Source: Blastocatellales bacterium
Lineage (GTDB): Bacteria; Acidobacteriota; Blastocatellia; RBC074
Length of the DNA: 64,000 bases
Reading direction: 5' to 3'
NCBI GenBank assembly: GCA_050187295.1
Contig: JBFWXQ010000009.1
Span: 16,785-80,784, forward strand
The position numbers were made by a program, and so were the translations under genes. A model generated the notes under the pieces. That model did not search any database. It was given only the letters and a program-made list of their open reading frames with translations, and was not told the DNA's origin. Within the stretch, counting starts at the first letter, position 1. The number at the start of each line of letters is the position of its first letter. Positions 43,240-54,488 of the stretch are shown here, one piece after another.

Positions 43240-43958
43240 TGATGGCAACCGCGACAAACTTGGCGGCGAATCTGAAACAAGTTGATCATGCGTGGCAACC
43301 GAGTGTTCCTAATTTGCTCAACCTGCCACATATTGAGAAAACTTTCTGGCGTGGTATGACTATTTACTCTTTGGAGGACTCGGCCTCGCACCTTTATGTT
43401 GTACTCAAAGGCAGGGTAAAAATTCTGCGAAGTTCTCCGGAAGGCCAGCAAAAAATTCTCTCGATTCGTTACCGTGGCGACATTTTCGGTGAACTCGCCT
43501 TGGCCGGAGGCGGGATTGAATCTCGTCGAAGCGATGAAGCCGTCGCATTAGATACCACGCGCGTGGCGATGGTTCGTGTCCTGGATTTCTGGAATGCAAC
43601 ACGGCGGGATTCCGCGCTGATGCAAACCGCCATGCAATACGTGACCAGGCAACTGGCTGATGCTCATCGCCAGATTGAATCCCTGGTTTTCGACAACAAT
43701 CATCGTCGTCTTGCGCGCGCCTTACTTGATCTGGCCGATGCAGCTGCACGTTCTGGCGAGTCGAGTGTGAGGCTAACACACGAAGAACTCGCTGAATTGA
43801 TCGGTTCGACTCGCGAAGTGGTCACCGGAATGATGATTGAATTTCGCCAGCATGGATTGATCGAATACAAACGCGGCGATATTCGGACCAACCTGCCGCA
43901 ACTGGCGAAATTTACGGATGAAAGCAACAATGGATGGCGCTTCTCGGAAAGCTCCTGA
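43239..43958 (+). CDS. Crp/Fnr family transcriptional regulator
   Basis: [41 protein letters not shown]. Confidence 0.92.
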   Translation: MMATATNLAANLKQVDHAWQPSVPNLLNLPHIEKTFWRGMTIYSLEDSASHLYVVLKGRVKILRSSPEGQQKILSIRYRGDIFGELALAGGGIESRRSDEAVALDTTRVAMVRVLDFWNATRRDSALMQTAMQYVTRQLADAHRQIESLVFDNNHRRLARALLDLADAAARSGESSVRLTHEELAELIGSTREVVTGMMIEFRQHGLIEYKRGDIRTNLPQLAKFTDESNNGWRFSESS

Positions 43959-44495
43959 GAATTCAATTCATTAACCGGACGGTGGTGTTAAACCGCCGTC
44001 TGTGAGGCCCATAAATCTAGACCTGGCATTTTAGCCTGTTTAAGTGATGGATTTTGGGGACCACTACACAGGCTATCGCCGTCCGGTGAAAATTCTCTCT
44101 CTATAACCTCTACCATTTGTGGCTGACTTTTGTCCTTGCCTCACTATACCTCTCGCGATACAATCCGACTCCGGTTCGCGGGCTGTTAGCCTGCATCCTC
44201 TAAAGAACCTTAAAGATAAAAGCTATTGATCAATTATTCGTCAGTTCAGAATTGGTTCTTTAAGATATCTTTATCTGGTCTTAATTGACGCGTACTTAGT
44301 TTTGAGCAACCCCGTGAATTATCTGGCGTCTTTAATGACAACAACAAAAATCCGGCCAACCTCCCAGTGCTCAACAGCAGAAAAACGTGAGCCCCCCTCG
44401 TTTACTACGCAAGCTGAAAAGAGAATCGTCAGGCAGAGCACCGATCTTTTGGCCGTAACGATTTGTGCCCTCAAAAAAAACGTGGGAGTCGTGAT

Positions 44496-45680
44496 ATGAA
44501 GCTTATCTGCCCGAAATGCCAATACGAAAACCAAGCCGATTCTGCTCGAATAGTTTGCGCGCGCTGCGCAACCCTGATTGAGGTGAAACAGGATCAAAAT
44601 GCCGGTCTTGACAGTAATGGAAGGCGGCAAACCGCCAGATTGCCATTTGTGGGCAATGTCTCCAACAGCCAACCGTTAAGCGGTCCTCCGTCAAATCCAA
44701 ATCCAGATGTTTACGCGACTCGGATCGGAGATGATTTTGATGACGTTCTGGATATTCCTCGCCAATCAGAACAAACTTCCCCATCAGGCAATGAACAAGC
44801 GACCGCTTTCGAAGATGTTTTTGCTATGCCGAGTTATGACGCTCAAACCAGTTACGATTTTCCGCCGCAGGAACGAAAACCGACTGCTCCGATCGAAGGC
44901 TTTCCGACCGGGCAAGGGCGTCAACGCGAAACTCAGGATTACGCCTCCGCTCCAGAACCGGAGTTCATGGGCTGGCCGGTCCTGCCTGAAAATGCTGATT
45001 ATGAGCAGGAACAAGCCGGAAATTTCTCAGCCAACCGCAAGACTATGCTGGCTCGAGTGGCCTTGGTCATTGTTGTTTTTGGCATGCTTAGTTTCCTGGC
45101 CTATTACTTTTTTGGAGACAAGCTTGCCCGGCGCCAGAGTGAAGGCGACAACATCGCCGCCAATGCAAGCGCGGCTGGCAATCAGGCTGGTTCAACAACA
45201 ACTTATCCACCAGCAACTGTGCCTAGCATAGAGACAAAGTCTGCGGCAGTTGAAATGTCAAAACCGTCCGACAACTCTTCAACGGCGAAAAATTTGCCTC
45301 AACCTTCAACCGCTACAAAAGACAACGCCAAACCGGTTTCAATTGAACCTGTTCCTGAAGGCAAGGTTGGACAAATAACCAAATCTCCGGCGGTAACAAC
45401 ACAGCAATCTGCGGCAGTTGCGCCATTACCCAAAAGCGGCAATCTGACTATCCAGATTGCCTCATTTTCTGATCAGGCTCAGGCTAATGATCGAGTCTCC
45501 AGATTGCGAGCGCAAAACATTGACGCCCGAGTGGTAAAGGCGGAAATTCAGGGGAAAGGCACCTGGTATAGAGTTCAGGTAGGCGGATTCAAATCTCGTG
45601 AGGAAGCCTTAGGCTACGCCAATCAGCTTAAATCCAGAGGAATTTTGCAGGATTTCATCGTTACGACCATTGGCAAGTAA
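44496..45680 (+). CDS. Zinc-ribbon / TM / SPOR-domain protein (FtsN-like)
   Basis: CPKC...CARC, long disordered region, one TM, C-terminal IQIASF...GTWYRVQVGGFKSREEA. Confidence 0.85.
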   Translation: MKLICPKCQYENQADSARIVCARCATLIEVKQDQNAGLDSNGRRQTARLPFVGNVSNSQPLSGPPSNPNPDVYATRIGDDFDDVLDIPRQSEQTSPSGNEQATAFEDVFAMPSYDAQTSYDFPPQERKPTAPIEGFPTGQGRQRETQDYASAPEPEFMGWPVLPENADYEQEQAGNFSANRKTMLARVALVIVVFGMLSFLAYYFFGDKLARRQSEGDNIAANASAAGNQAGSTTTYPPATVPSIETKSAAVEMSKPSDNSSTAKNLPQPSTATKDNAKPVSIEPVPEGKVGQITKSPAVTTQQSAAVAPLPKSGNLTIQIASFSDQAQANDRVSRLRAQNIDARVVKAEIQGKGTWYRVQVGGFKSREEALGYANQLKSRGILQDFIVTTIGK

Positions 45681-45776
45681 ATGCTTTATGACGCGCCGGG
45701 CAGCGGTAAATAAAGAACCAAATAATTTGGCGAAATTTTTCGCCTTCATTAATTCTGCAGCGGGAAGAGTCGTGCA

Positions 45777-47345
45777 TTGAAGACAGATGTCATAGGCTTG
45801 CACAATCAGCGACCTACTCACGAACGCCGTGACGACCCGGTCAAAAAGCATGAAGCCGGTCACAAAAAGGGCGTGGATCCGGCAAAGCTTTACTCAAAAA
45901 TCGTCGAACGATATGCTGTTCTCTTCGAAAACCCAGTTGCCCGACTTCGCTTTCTCAACAACACACTAGCCAAGCAAAAAGAACGACAAGAACAATTAAA
46001 GAACTCCCTCCGCCATTTAACCATTCTGGAAAAGACGCCTTTTTACGATTGGATACTGGAAGCGCGTTTATACAACTCGATTTTGGAAGAGTTACACGCG
46101 GCTATGCCGATGCTTCCTCACACCAGCCAACGAGCAATCGAAAACTTGGAGCTTCCGTTTTCTGCCCGGATTTATGGCTTCGTTCATCAGACCCGTCATG
46201 CTTTCTACGCGCTGGGTATAGTTTCAATTGCAGTGGTGATTTTCGGAATGTATTCGTTGGTCAGTTGGTCGGCACGCGGTGTCAATACCTATCTAGCACA
46301 AAAATATAAAACTGGAAAAGCTCCGATTTATGTGACTCCAGCCGGGCAAAGCACTCCCAATGATGCAGTGGCCGCCAGCGCAAAGTTTCTACCGGACTAT
46401 CAGCCTGAAAAAGTATGGCTTGTAGAGCGTTCCAGTGATATGGAACGCTATAGCAATGGTTGCCGCATACTGACCAAATATGAAATGGAAAACCACCCGC
46501 GTAGCTATTATCTGATTCCGCGCGGTTCTGAAACAGAAGGGACGGAATTGCGCCATAATCCGATTGGCATTGTTTATCATACTTCTGAAAGTGACATTGT
46601 CCCATTCACCCCCGATAACAATGATACGATCCAACGCCGTTCCCAAGGATTGCTTGATTGGATTCGGAAGGATCGCTCATACAATTATCTGATTGACCGA
46701 TATGGCGAAATTTACCGGATTGTTCGTGATGATCACGCGGCGCATCATGCTGGCCATTCGATCTGGGCTGACAGCAAGTACGATTATGTCGGTCTCAACG
46801 AAAGTTTCCTGGGGATTTGTTTTGAATCAACCGTTACTGCCGGTTCCCTGTTTGAAACTCTGACTGAGGCCCAGATCAGCGCCGGCAGGGTCTTAACCAA
46901 TGTCTTGCGCAGCAAGTACAACATTGACGACGCCAACTGCACCACGCACGGTTTGGTTTCAGTCAACCCTGACAAGATGCTGATTGCCTTTCATCACGAT
47001 TGGGTCCGAAACTTCCCCTTCGAAGCAATGGGGCTTTCAAACAAGTACAAAATGTCTCCGCCTAACATGGCTGACTATGGATTCACTTACGATGACGAGA
47101 TACTGGACAAACTGGGACGCACTCTTTGGGAAGGAGCAATTACAGCGGAAGACGAATTCAACAAACTGGCCGAAAAGAACCGCATAAATGTGGAGGTTTT
47201 GCGCCGTAAATTGCGAGATCGTTATCTTGCCCAAATGGAAAAAGCGCGCAAGCTCCGAATTGAACAACCTGGTAATGGCCAATCCGTCGTAGCCTCGAAA
47301 TCGCCAAACCTGAGCGAGTCCGCCGAAACCGGCGCTAATCGTTGA
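45777..47345 (+). CDS. Membrane-anchored N-acetylmuramoyl-L-alanine amidase (Amidase_2)
   Basis: [41 protein letters not shown]; TM near aa 145-165; start uncertain. Confidence 0.8.
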   Translation: MKTDVIGLHNQRPTHERRDDPVKKHEAGHKKGVDPAKLYSKIVERYAVLFENPVARLRFLNNTLAKQKERQEQLKNSLRHLTILEKTPFYDWILEARLYNSILEELHAAMPMLPHTSQRAIENLELPFSARIYGFVHQTRHAFYALGIVSIAVVIFGMYSLVSWSARGVNTYLAQKYKTGKAPIYVTPAGQSTPNDAVAASAKFLPDYQPEKVWLVERSSDMERYSNGCRILTKYEMENHPRSYYLIPRGSETEGTELRHNPIGIVYHTSESDIVPFTPDNNDTIQRRSQGLLDWIRKDRSYNYLIDRYGEIYRIVRDDHAAHHAGHSIWADSKYDYVGLNESFLGICFESTVTAGSLFETLTEAQISAGRVLTNVLRSKYNIDDANCTTHGLVSVNPDKMLIAFHHDWVRNFPFEAMGLSNKYKMSPPNMADYGFTYDDEILDKLGRTLWEGAITAEDEFNKLAEKNRINVEVLRRKLRDRYLAQMEKARKLRIEQPGNGQSVVASKSPNLSESAETGANR

Positions 47346-47536
47346 AAAGTTTCTTACCTGAGTTTAGGCTATCCTAGCCCTGCTGAGGTTATTCCACTCT
47401 GAGACCACCGATCCAACCGAATGACCTGAAGTAAACCTGATTGTGGTTCGTGTTAATTCGTGGTCTAGCTGTCAAGAGGCCTTGTATGGCCGCTTCTGGC
47501 AATAAACAAAAAGAAAAACTCAAAACCGGAGGAAAG

Positions 47537-48565
47537 ATGTCTGAAGAGAACAAAGCAAATGCTGCTGAAGTTGCCGACGGCGATGTCGGCGCGCTGGGAT
47601 TGGACGTAGGCACAAGCCGCATTGTAATAGCGGGTGGCGCAAGCGGTCATAAAGCTCAGACTCAACTCAACGCCTTTGTCGGCGTGCCGTATTCGAAAAT
47701 GACCGAAGCCATTTTGCAGCAAAACAACATGGTTTATCACCGCAATGGCAAAGAGCTTTATGTCTTCGGCAGCGATTCGGAAAGATTCGCCAGCTTCTTC
47801 AATGCCGTCCCGCGACGCCCGATGCAATATGGCGTGCTCAATCCGCAGGAACCGATGGGACAGCAAATCATACAGGCGATCATTGAATCAATGGTTCCGC
47901 GCGCCAAGAAAAACGAACTGCTCTGTTTCAGCGTGCCGGGCAAAGGCGAAGGCGCCGACACCAATCTGGTCTATCACGAAGCGATTTTGAAAAACTTCCT
48001 GCAATCGCTCGGTTACGAAGCCAAAGCCGTCAACGAAGGTCTGGCCGTTGTCTTCGCCGAATTGCAGAACGAAAACTTCACCGGCATTGGCATCAGTTGC
48101 GGCGGTGGGATGTGTAATGTCTGCGTCGCGTTTTTGTCGGTGCCGATGCTGACGTTCAGCATTCCCATCGCCGGCGATTACATTGACAGCAGCGTCGCAT
48201 CAGTGGTTGACGAGACTGTCACTCGAGTTCGGTTGACCAAAGAAGAATCCCTTGACCTGTCGCGTCAACCCAAGGACAAAATCACCAGCGCCTTGCACAT
48301 CTATTATGAAGAAGTGATCAACACTCTGGTCAGCAAACTGCGCGAAGAGTTCGAAACTTCGAAGCAGTTGCCGAAACTCGACCGTCCGATGCCGATTGTG
48401 CTTTCCGGCGGAACGGCTCGCCCACGGGGTTTCCTGCAAAAATTTGAAGCAGCGGTCAAAAATGGAGGATTCCCTGTCCAGATTTCTGACGTGAGAATGG
48501 CCAGCGATCCCCTGACCGCAACCGCTCGCGGCTGTTACATCGCCGCAATGTCTGAAATTCGATAA
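47537..48565 (+). CDS. Actin-fold ATPase, volactin-like
   Basis: GGAGG RBS; phosphate-1 GLDVGTS, connect-1 NEGLAV, phosphate-2 ISCGGGMCN, AGDYID, adenosine VLSGGT, DPLTATARG. Confidence 0.82.
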   Translation: MSEENKANAAEVADGDVGALGLDVGTSRIVIAGGASGHKAQTQLNAFVGVPYSKMTEAILQQNNMVYHRNGKELYVFGSDSERFASFFNAVPRRPMQYGVLNPQEPMGQQIIQAIIESMVPRAKKNELLCFSVPGKGEGADTNLVYHEAILKNFLQSLGYEAKAVNEGLAVVFAELQNENFTGIGISCGGGMCNVCVAFLSVPMLTFSIPIAGDYIDSSVASVVDETVTRVRLTKEESLDLSRQPKDKITSALHIYYEEVINTLVSKLREEFETSKQLPKLDRPMPIVLSGGTARPRGFLQKFEAAVKNGGFPVQISDVRMASDPLTATARGCYIAAMSEIR

Positions 48566-48586
48566 TTAACGAATCGGTTACACATC

Positions 48587-48624
48587 AAAAGGGCAAAGTT
48601 AGTCAGGCTGGCTTTGTCCTTTTT
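48587..48624 (+). terminator. Intrinsic terminator after actin-like gene
   Basis: AAAAGGGCAAAGTTAG...CTGGCTTTGTCCTTTTT. Confidence 0.6.
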
Positions 48625-48643
48625 CTCATTCAACGGTTCCCAA

Positions 48644-50293
48644 ATGAATCCACCGCCCATGCCTTTCCGAGATGTCACCGTCGGCGCGCTGTTGACGCGA
48701 CTGGCTGAATCCATTCCCGGCAACGAAGCGCTGGTTTATGCCGACCGCAATCTGCGGTTGACGTTTGCTGAACTGGAAGCCGAGGCTCGCTTGATCGCTC
48801 GCGGATTGATGGCTTGCGGCGTCGGGCGAGGCGAGCGGGTTGCGTTGTGGGCGACGAACGTGCCGGAATGGGTCGTGCTGCAATTCGCCCTGGCCAAAAT
48901 TGGCGCGATTCTGGTGACGGTCAATACCAGTCTTCGCGCTCACGAAATGGATTACCTGCTGCGGCAGAGCGAATCAGCCACAGTCATCACTATTAGCGGA
49001 TTCAAGGACGTTGATTACGTCGGCGTGCTGCGTGAAATTGGAGCAATCAACGAAAAGGGCACCGGCGGCGAATTGCCGGAATTGAAGCGAGCCATCTTCA
49101 TCCCTCGCGGCGATGAAAGTTGCCCCGAAGGTTTGATGCCCTACGAAACCTTGCGTGAAAAAGCCGCCGCTATCAGCGAAGCCGAACTCGACGCGCGCGA
49201 AAACGAAGTCGGCCTGGACGACGTCATCAACATGCAATACACATCCGGCACGACGGGCTTTCCGAAAGGCGTCATGCTCAGCAGCCGCAATATCGTCAAC
49301 AACGCTTACTGGATGGCGCGGGGTTTGGGTTACTCGCCGCAGGATCGTTTGTGTTTGTGCGTCCCGCTGTTTCACTGTTTTGGCTGCGTGATCGGCGTGC
49401 TTGGAGCTTACACGCACGGAGCCTGCCTTTGCCCGATTGAATTTTTCGACTCGCGCAAAGTGCTGGAAACCGTCGAGCGCGAACGCTGCACTTCGCTTTA
49501 CGGAGTGCCGACTATGTTTCTGGCCGAAATGGAAGACCCGGAATTTTCGCGCTTCAATCTTTCATCGTTGCGAACAGGAGTGATGGCGGGTGCGCTTTGC
49601 CCCGAGGCTCTGATGAAAAGAGCCATCGCCGAAATGAACCTGCGCGAAATCACGATCATTTACGGTTTGACCGAAGCCTCGCCCGGCATCACTCAGACCC
49701 GTCGTGACGACACGCTGGAACATCGCACTCAAACCGTCGGCGAAGTCCTGCCGGAAATGGAAGTGAAGATAGTTGACCCGGCGACGCGCGAAACTCTTGA
49801 AGCCGGTCAACACGGCGAGCTTTGCGTGCGCGGTTACAACGTCATGCGCGGTTATTACAACAACCCTGAAGCCTCGCGCGCGGCGATTGACGACGAAGGC
49901 TGGCTGAGAACCGGTGATCAGGCGACGATGGATGACGAAGGTTATGTGCGAATCACCGGCCGCATCAAAGACATCATCATTCGCGGCGGCGAAAACATCT
50001 CGCCGAAGGAAATCGAAGACCTGCTGCGCCAGCATCCGGTGGTTTCGGATGTTTACATTTACGCAATCAAAAGCGAATTTTTCGGCGAAGAAGTCGCAGC
50101 GGCAGTGCGGTTAAAACCCGACGAATCAGCGACCGAAGATGAATTGAAGGCTTTCTGTCAGGGCAAACTGGCAAGATTCAAAATTCCGCGCTACTGGCGA
50201 TTCGTCGGCGATTTCCCTATGACGGCTTCAGGCAAGATTCAAAAGTTCAAGCTGCGTGAAGCTCACGAACAGGAGCTTGGAACGGAGCGATGA
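48644..50293 (+). CDS. AMP-binding acyl-CoA synthetase
   Basis: [53 protein letters not shown]. Confidence 0.93.
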   Translation: MNPPPMPFRDVTVGALLTRLAESIPGNEALVYADRNLRLTFAELEAEARLIARGLMACGVGRGERVALWATNVPEWVVLQFALAKIGAILVTVNTSLRAHEMDYLLRQSESATVITISGFKDVDYVGVLREIGAINEKGTGGELPELKRAIFIPRGDESCPEGLMPYETLREKAAAISEAELDARENEVGLDDVINMQYTSGTTGFPKGVMLSSRNIVNNAYWMARGLGYSPQDRLCLCVPLFHCFGCVIGVLGAYTHGACLCPIEFFDSRKVLETVERERCTSLYGVPTMFLAEMEDPEFSRFNLSSLRTGVMAGALCPEALMKRAIAEMNLREITIIYGLTEASPGITQTRRDDTLEHRTQTVGEVLPEMEVKIVDPATRETLEAGQHGELCVRGYNVMRGYYNNPEASRAAIDDEGWLRTGDQATMDDEGYVRITGRIKDIIIRGGENISPKEIEDLLRQHPVVSDVYIYAIKSEFFGEEVAAAVRLKPDESATEDELKAFCQGKLARFKIPRYWRFVGDFPMTASGKIQKFKLREAHEQELGTER

Positions 50294-50979
50294 GGGGGAA
50301 ATTTAGAACATATCTACCGCAGGGCTATTTCATTCGCTTCGGCAAAAAGCACGGAGAGACAAACTTCAAGCATTACTTTTGTGGCAGGCACAATATCAAA
50401 AGCGCCACATGCCCAAATTGCCAGAAACCTCTTTTGAGATTCGTCAAATTCGATTTAAGCGACGAGCGGTTGCATTTACAAAACAGCTCTCTTGGGGAAT
50501 TGTCGTTGTTTTTTTGTTGGACGTGCCAATTGTCCCAAGGAAATTTCTTTTACCGCTGTCTGGATAAGGGTGAAATCGAGATTTTGGAATATGAGAAAGG
50601 CGATGGTTGGGATGACTTTCCCTATGAAAACTACCCCGATTGGTTTCCAGGAAGCTCTGTAGAACTTGTAGAACTATCTCCACTCGAACAAGAAATCCTG
50701 ATAGGACTAAACGCGGAAAGATTGAGCGCATGGACAACGGAGCAACTCAAGCCAGAACTGGATGAACCTAGCCATCAACTTGGCGGGGAGCCTTATCTTG
50801 TTCAAAAAGAGCTTCGACCATTGGATTGTCCTCAATGCCGCAAGGCTATGCTGTTTTTTGCAACAGTCTGTGATAAAGCCTTACGAAACCTGAGCTTCGT
50901 TAAAAACGATTACGTTCAAGTCATTTTTTACATTTGCAGCAAATGCCAAATTATAGGCGCAATTCATGAGGTGGACTAA
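50290..50979 (+). CDS. Hypothetical Cys-rich protein (four CxxC pairs; YwqG/DUF1963-like C-terminus)
   Basis: CPNC, CWTC, CPQC, CSKC; [11 protein letters not shown]; visibly more AT-rich than its neighbours. Confidence 0.6.
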   Translation: MRGKFRTYLPQGYFIRFGKKHGETNFKHYFCGRHNIKSATCPNCQKPLLRFVKFDLSDERLHLQNSSLGELSLFFCWTCQLSQGNFFYRCLDKGEIEILEYEKGDGWDDFPYENYPDWFPGSSVELVELSPLEQEILIGLNAERLSAWTTEQLKPELDEPSHQLGGEPYLVQKELRPLDCPQCRKAMLFFATVCDKALRNLSFVKNDYVQVIFYICSKCQIIGAIHEVD

Positions 50980-50986
50980 TTCACGT

Positions 50987-51418
50987 ATGCCAGACCAACC
51001 CATCATCCGCGATCAGTTTCGTTACTGGAAAACCATAGAAGTTCGTTGGGGAGATATGGACGCGCAAGGCCACGTCAACAACGCAATGTATTTCACCTAC
51101 TGCGAATCGGCGCGGGTCGAGATGTTTCGGGAAACAGGTTTCAGAGGCAAGCAGGCGGGAAGCGCGGTCGGGCCGACTCTGGTTCACGCTTCCTGCGATT
51201 TCAAACGACAGGTGGTTTATCCGGCCAAACTGGATGTCGGCATTCGAGTGGAAAGAATCAGCCAGCGCAGCGTTAAATTGGTTTACGGAATCTTTTTCCA
51301 CGGCACGGATGAACTTTCAGCCGTGGCCACCAGCGTCAACGCCTGGGTTGATTACGCGGCAAATCGCGCGGTCGAGATTCCTGAAGAGATTCGCTCTGCG
51401 CTGGCCGTTTATCAGTAG
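50987..51418 (+). CDS. Acyl-CoA thioesterase (4HBT/YbgC family)
   Basis: VRWGDMDAQGHVNNAMYFTYCESAR. Confidence 0.9.
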   Translation: MPDQPIIRDQFRYWKTIEVRWGDMDAQGHVNNAMYFTYCESARVEMFRETGFRGKQAGSAVGPTLVHASCDFKRQVVYPAKLDVGIRVERISQRSVKLVYGIFFHGTDELSAVATSVNAWVDYAANRAVEIPEEIRSALAVYQ

Positions 51419-51425
51419 TTTTTTA

Positions 51426-52325
51426 TCAGGCACGCCGGACGACTTCGACTGAGCAATCTGCGCGAGCAGCGATGGCGGACGAAACGCTGCCGAGCATCAA
51501 CCGTTCGACCTTGCCCATACCGCTGGCACCGACAAAGATGCAGTCGGCTTTCCAGTTTTCGGCCTCTTCCAGCAAAACCTGCTTCGCCTCTCCTTCCTTG
51601 ATGACCATTTCTGTTTTCAATCCGGCATCCTTCATTTTGTTTTCTGCGTTGCCAATAATCGAACCGATTCTACTTTTTTCATCAGCCAGCCATTGGGATA
51701 TAGGTTGTAAAGTGGTGTTGGAAAGCGCCGGAGAATAGGCCCAGGAAGCGTTGATCAATCGAACCTCACTGCCTTCTGGCCACTGTCGCAAGATAATTTC
51801 GCGCGCAGCCTCTTCCGAATCTGGAGAACCGTCGATACCAACGATCAACCTAACCCCCGAACCTTGGCGTTCAGCTCTGGGACGGGCAACGCGCACCGAT
51901 GCTGTGGCATTATGCACCAGCTTCTGAGACACGCTTCCAATGATCATTCTGCCCAAAGCCGATCTACCGTGCGACCCGACAACTATCAAATCTGGTTTCC
52001 ATTCTTCTGCTTTTTTCAGAATGAAACTGGCGGGCGACCCAAACCCGACATCCGTCGTCACAACCCATTCCGGAAACTTCGTCTGTATTTTCTTCGCTCC
52101 CTGCTTCACGTGCGATAAAGCGCCCCCGCTCCCGCCGATAATGTTATCGGTGAAATCGGTCTCGACCATTCCGTAGCTGGCTGGAATTGGCATTAACTGT
52201 TCTGCAACCGAAACCACCAGAGCTTCCGCCTTAGCTGGTAATCCGGCATTGAGCAAATCATCCACTGCGTTATCAGCACATTCCGACCCGTCATATCCAA
52301 TGATTATCTTCATTAGCTGTGTCAT
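51426..52325 (-). CDS. Tandem universal stress protein
   Basis: Two USP domains: IIGYDGS...LIVVGSHGRS...GSVS and IVGIDGS...GSVS. Confidence 0.92.
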   Translation of the reverse strand: MTQLMKIIIGYDGSECADNAVDDLLNAGLPAKAEALVVSVAEQLMPIPASYGMVETDFTDNIIGGSGGALSHVKQGAKKIQTKFPEWVVTTDVGFGSPASFILKKAEEWKPDLIVVGSHGRSALGRMIIGSVSQKLVHNATASVRVARPRAERQGSGVRLIVGIDGSPDSEEAAREIILRQWPEGSEVRLINASWAYSPALSNTTLQPISQWLADEKSRIGSIIGNAENKMKDAGLKTEMVIKEGEAKQVLLEEAENWKADCIFVGASGMGKVERLMLGSVSSAIAARADCSVEVVRRA

Positions 52326-52538
52326 GGTTCTGTCCTCCTTTGAGTTTATCCCTCGCTCAGTTTCCTACTGCAACCATTGTGCCGTTAAACTCAATTGCAG
52401 GAAGACTGCAATGGAAGTATTCGCTGACAGATAGAGTGTGGGCAGAAACCGCTGAGAAGCCCGCACGCGCGATTTCACTCAAACGATGGGGATTTTTCCT
52501 TAAATGGGGGCAAGTAGGACTCTATGGACAGAACGCCG

Positions 52539-54473
52539 CTAACTTGCGTATTCAGCCAACTCAGCCCAACGCTCAAGGTCTTTTTCCAGAGCCTGACTGA
52601 GCGTTTGCAGTTCTTCATAGAGCTTCGCGACCAGAACGTGATCGCTGCCGTTGGCGGCAAGTTCGGCTTCGGCCTTTGCCTTACGGGCTTCGGCAGACGC
52701 AATACGGGCTTCAAGTTCATCAAGTTCGCGTTTTTCCTTGAACGAGAGTTTGCGTTTAACTGAAGTCTCAGCGATTGGCATTGAAATGGATTGTTTCTGT
52801 TCGCGGACCTTTTCTTCGGCTCTGACGGCGGTAGCTTCAGCGCGTTCGCGTTCACGAATTTCCAGAAAGCCACTGTAATCGCCCGGATATTGGCGAATTC
52901 TGCCTTCTCCCTCAAACCGAAAGATGTAATCAATCGTGCGATCAAGAAAGTAACGGTCGTGGCTGACAACGACCAGACAACCGGCAAAACTTTCCAGATA
53001 TTCTTCCAGAGCAACCAGCGTTGGAATATCCAGATCGTTGGTGATCTCGTCCAGCAAAAGCAGGTTCGGCGCGCTCATCAGCATTCGCAGCAAATATAGC
53101 CTGCGCCGTTCGCCGCCCGACAATGTGGCAATCGGTTGATACTGCATTGCGGGCGGAAACAGAAAACGGTCGAGCATCTGATCGGCAGTGATCCAATCGC
53201 CTTCGACGGTTTCTATTCGCTCTGCCACTTGCTTGATGTAATCAATCAAACGTTGCGATTCATCGAATTCGCGATTTTCCTGATCATAATAACCTATGAC
53301 GACCGTTTCGCCTTTTTCGATCTGGCCTGCGTCTGGTTGCAAACGCCCGGCAATGATTTCCAGCAAAGTCGTCTTCCCTGCTCCGTTTGCGCCAATGATG
53401 CCGATCTTGTCGCCGCGTTTGAACTGGTAGCTGAAATCGCTGACGACAGTTTTATCGCCGAAGCTTTTGCTGATTCCGGTCAAACCCAAAATCTTTTTGC
53501 CCAGCCGATTGGATTCAAAGGCAATGTCAAGCGAACGTTTTTCAGCGATTTCGCCGGCGGCCTGGCGGGATTGCTGAATCAATTCGTTGGCGCGATCAAT
53601 TCGAGCTTTGGCTTTCGTCGTTCTGGCTTTCGGGCCACGCCGCAACCATTCCAATTCGCGCCGAGCCATCTGCTTCAGCTTTTGCGCTTCAACTGCCTGA
53701 CGCTCTTCCTGTTCTTGCCGCTTTTCCAGGTAAGTCGCGTAATTGCCTGTGAAGGTTTGAACCCGTCCACGATCAATCTCGATGATCCGATTGGTGACCC
53801 GGTCGAGAAAGTAACGGTCGTGAGTGACGATCAACAGAGCGCCTTTGAATTCCTTCAGCCACTGCTCGAGCCATTCGACGGTTTCGGCGTCCAGATGATT
53901 CGTCGGTTCGTCCAGAATCAGCAGATCGGGTTTGATGAACAAGCTGTGAGCCAGCGCCACGCGTTTTCGCTGCCCGCCGGAAAGTGTTCGCATCTTTGCG
54001 CTCAATTCAATGATGCCCAATTCCGTCAGGATTGCCTTCGCTTCAATTTCCAGTTGCCAGGCGCCGCTGGTTTCCAAATCGTGAGCCAGATCAGCTACGC
54101 GCGCCAGCAATTTTTCGTCTGTTCCTCCCTGGTCTGCCAATTGATGGCAAACGGTTTCATACTGCCGCAGCAAGTCCAGCTTTTGGCGCAAAGCTTCGTT
54201 GTTGCCGCTGAACACCGCTTCGTTCACTGTTTGTTCAGGATCAAATTGAGGATTTTGCGACAGATAAGTAACGATTTTGCCGTTGGCAACAACCACCCGG
54301 CCTGTGTCGGCCTGCTCTTCACCGGCAATGACTTTCAGCAATGTGGATTTGCCGGAGCCATTCGCGCCGATTACACCGATTTTGTCGCTTTCTTCCAGGC
54401 CAAATGAAACCGCTGAAAACAGCGGTTTGATACCGAAAGTCTTGCTGACATTTTCAAGTGAGAGAATGTTCAA
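52539..54473 (-). CDS. ABC-F family ATPase (Uup-like)
   Basis: Two ABC cassettes (GANGSGKS, LSGGQ, DEPTNHLD; GANGAGKT, LSGGE), WLRRGPKARTTK linker and C-terminal KLSFKEKREL coiled coil. Confidence 0.93.
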   Translation of the reverse strand: MNILSLENVSKTFGIKPLFSAVSFGLEESDKIGVIGANGSGKSTLLKVIAGEEQADTGRVVVANGKIVTYLSQNPQFDPEQTVNEAVFSGNNEALRQKLDLLRQYETVCHQLADQGGTDEKLLARVADLAHDLETSGAWQLEIEAKAILTELGIIELSAKMRTLSGGQRKRVALAHSLFIKPDLLILDEPTNHLDAETVEWLEQWLKEFKGALLIVTHDRYFLDRVTNRIIEIDRGRVQTFTGNYATYLEKRQEQEERQAVEAQKLKQMARRELEWLRRGPKARTTKAKARIDRANELIQQSRQAAGEIAEKRSLDIAFESNRLGKKILGLTGISKSFGDKTVVSDFSYQFKRGDKIGIIGANGAGKTTLLEIIAGRLQPDAGQIEKGETVVIGYYDQENREFDESQRLIDYIKQVAERIETVEGDWITADQMLDRFLFPPAMQYQPIATLSGGERRRLYLLRMLMSAPNLLLLDEITNDLDIPTLVALEEYLESFAGCLVVVSHDRYFLDRTIDYIFRFEGEGRIRQYPGDYSGFLEIRERERAEATAVRAEEKVREQKQSISMPIAETSVKRKLSFKEKRELDELEARIASAEARKAKAEAELAANGSDHVLVAKLYEELQTLSQALEKDLERWAELAEYAS

Positions 54474-54488
54474 AGCTCAATTTGCCTT

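Noticed and set aside
53136-54407. 423-aa plus-strand ORF
   Set aside because: Antisense shadow of the ABC-F gene; the same applies to other long antisense ORFs over era, corC and the WD40 genes.
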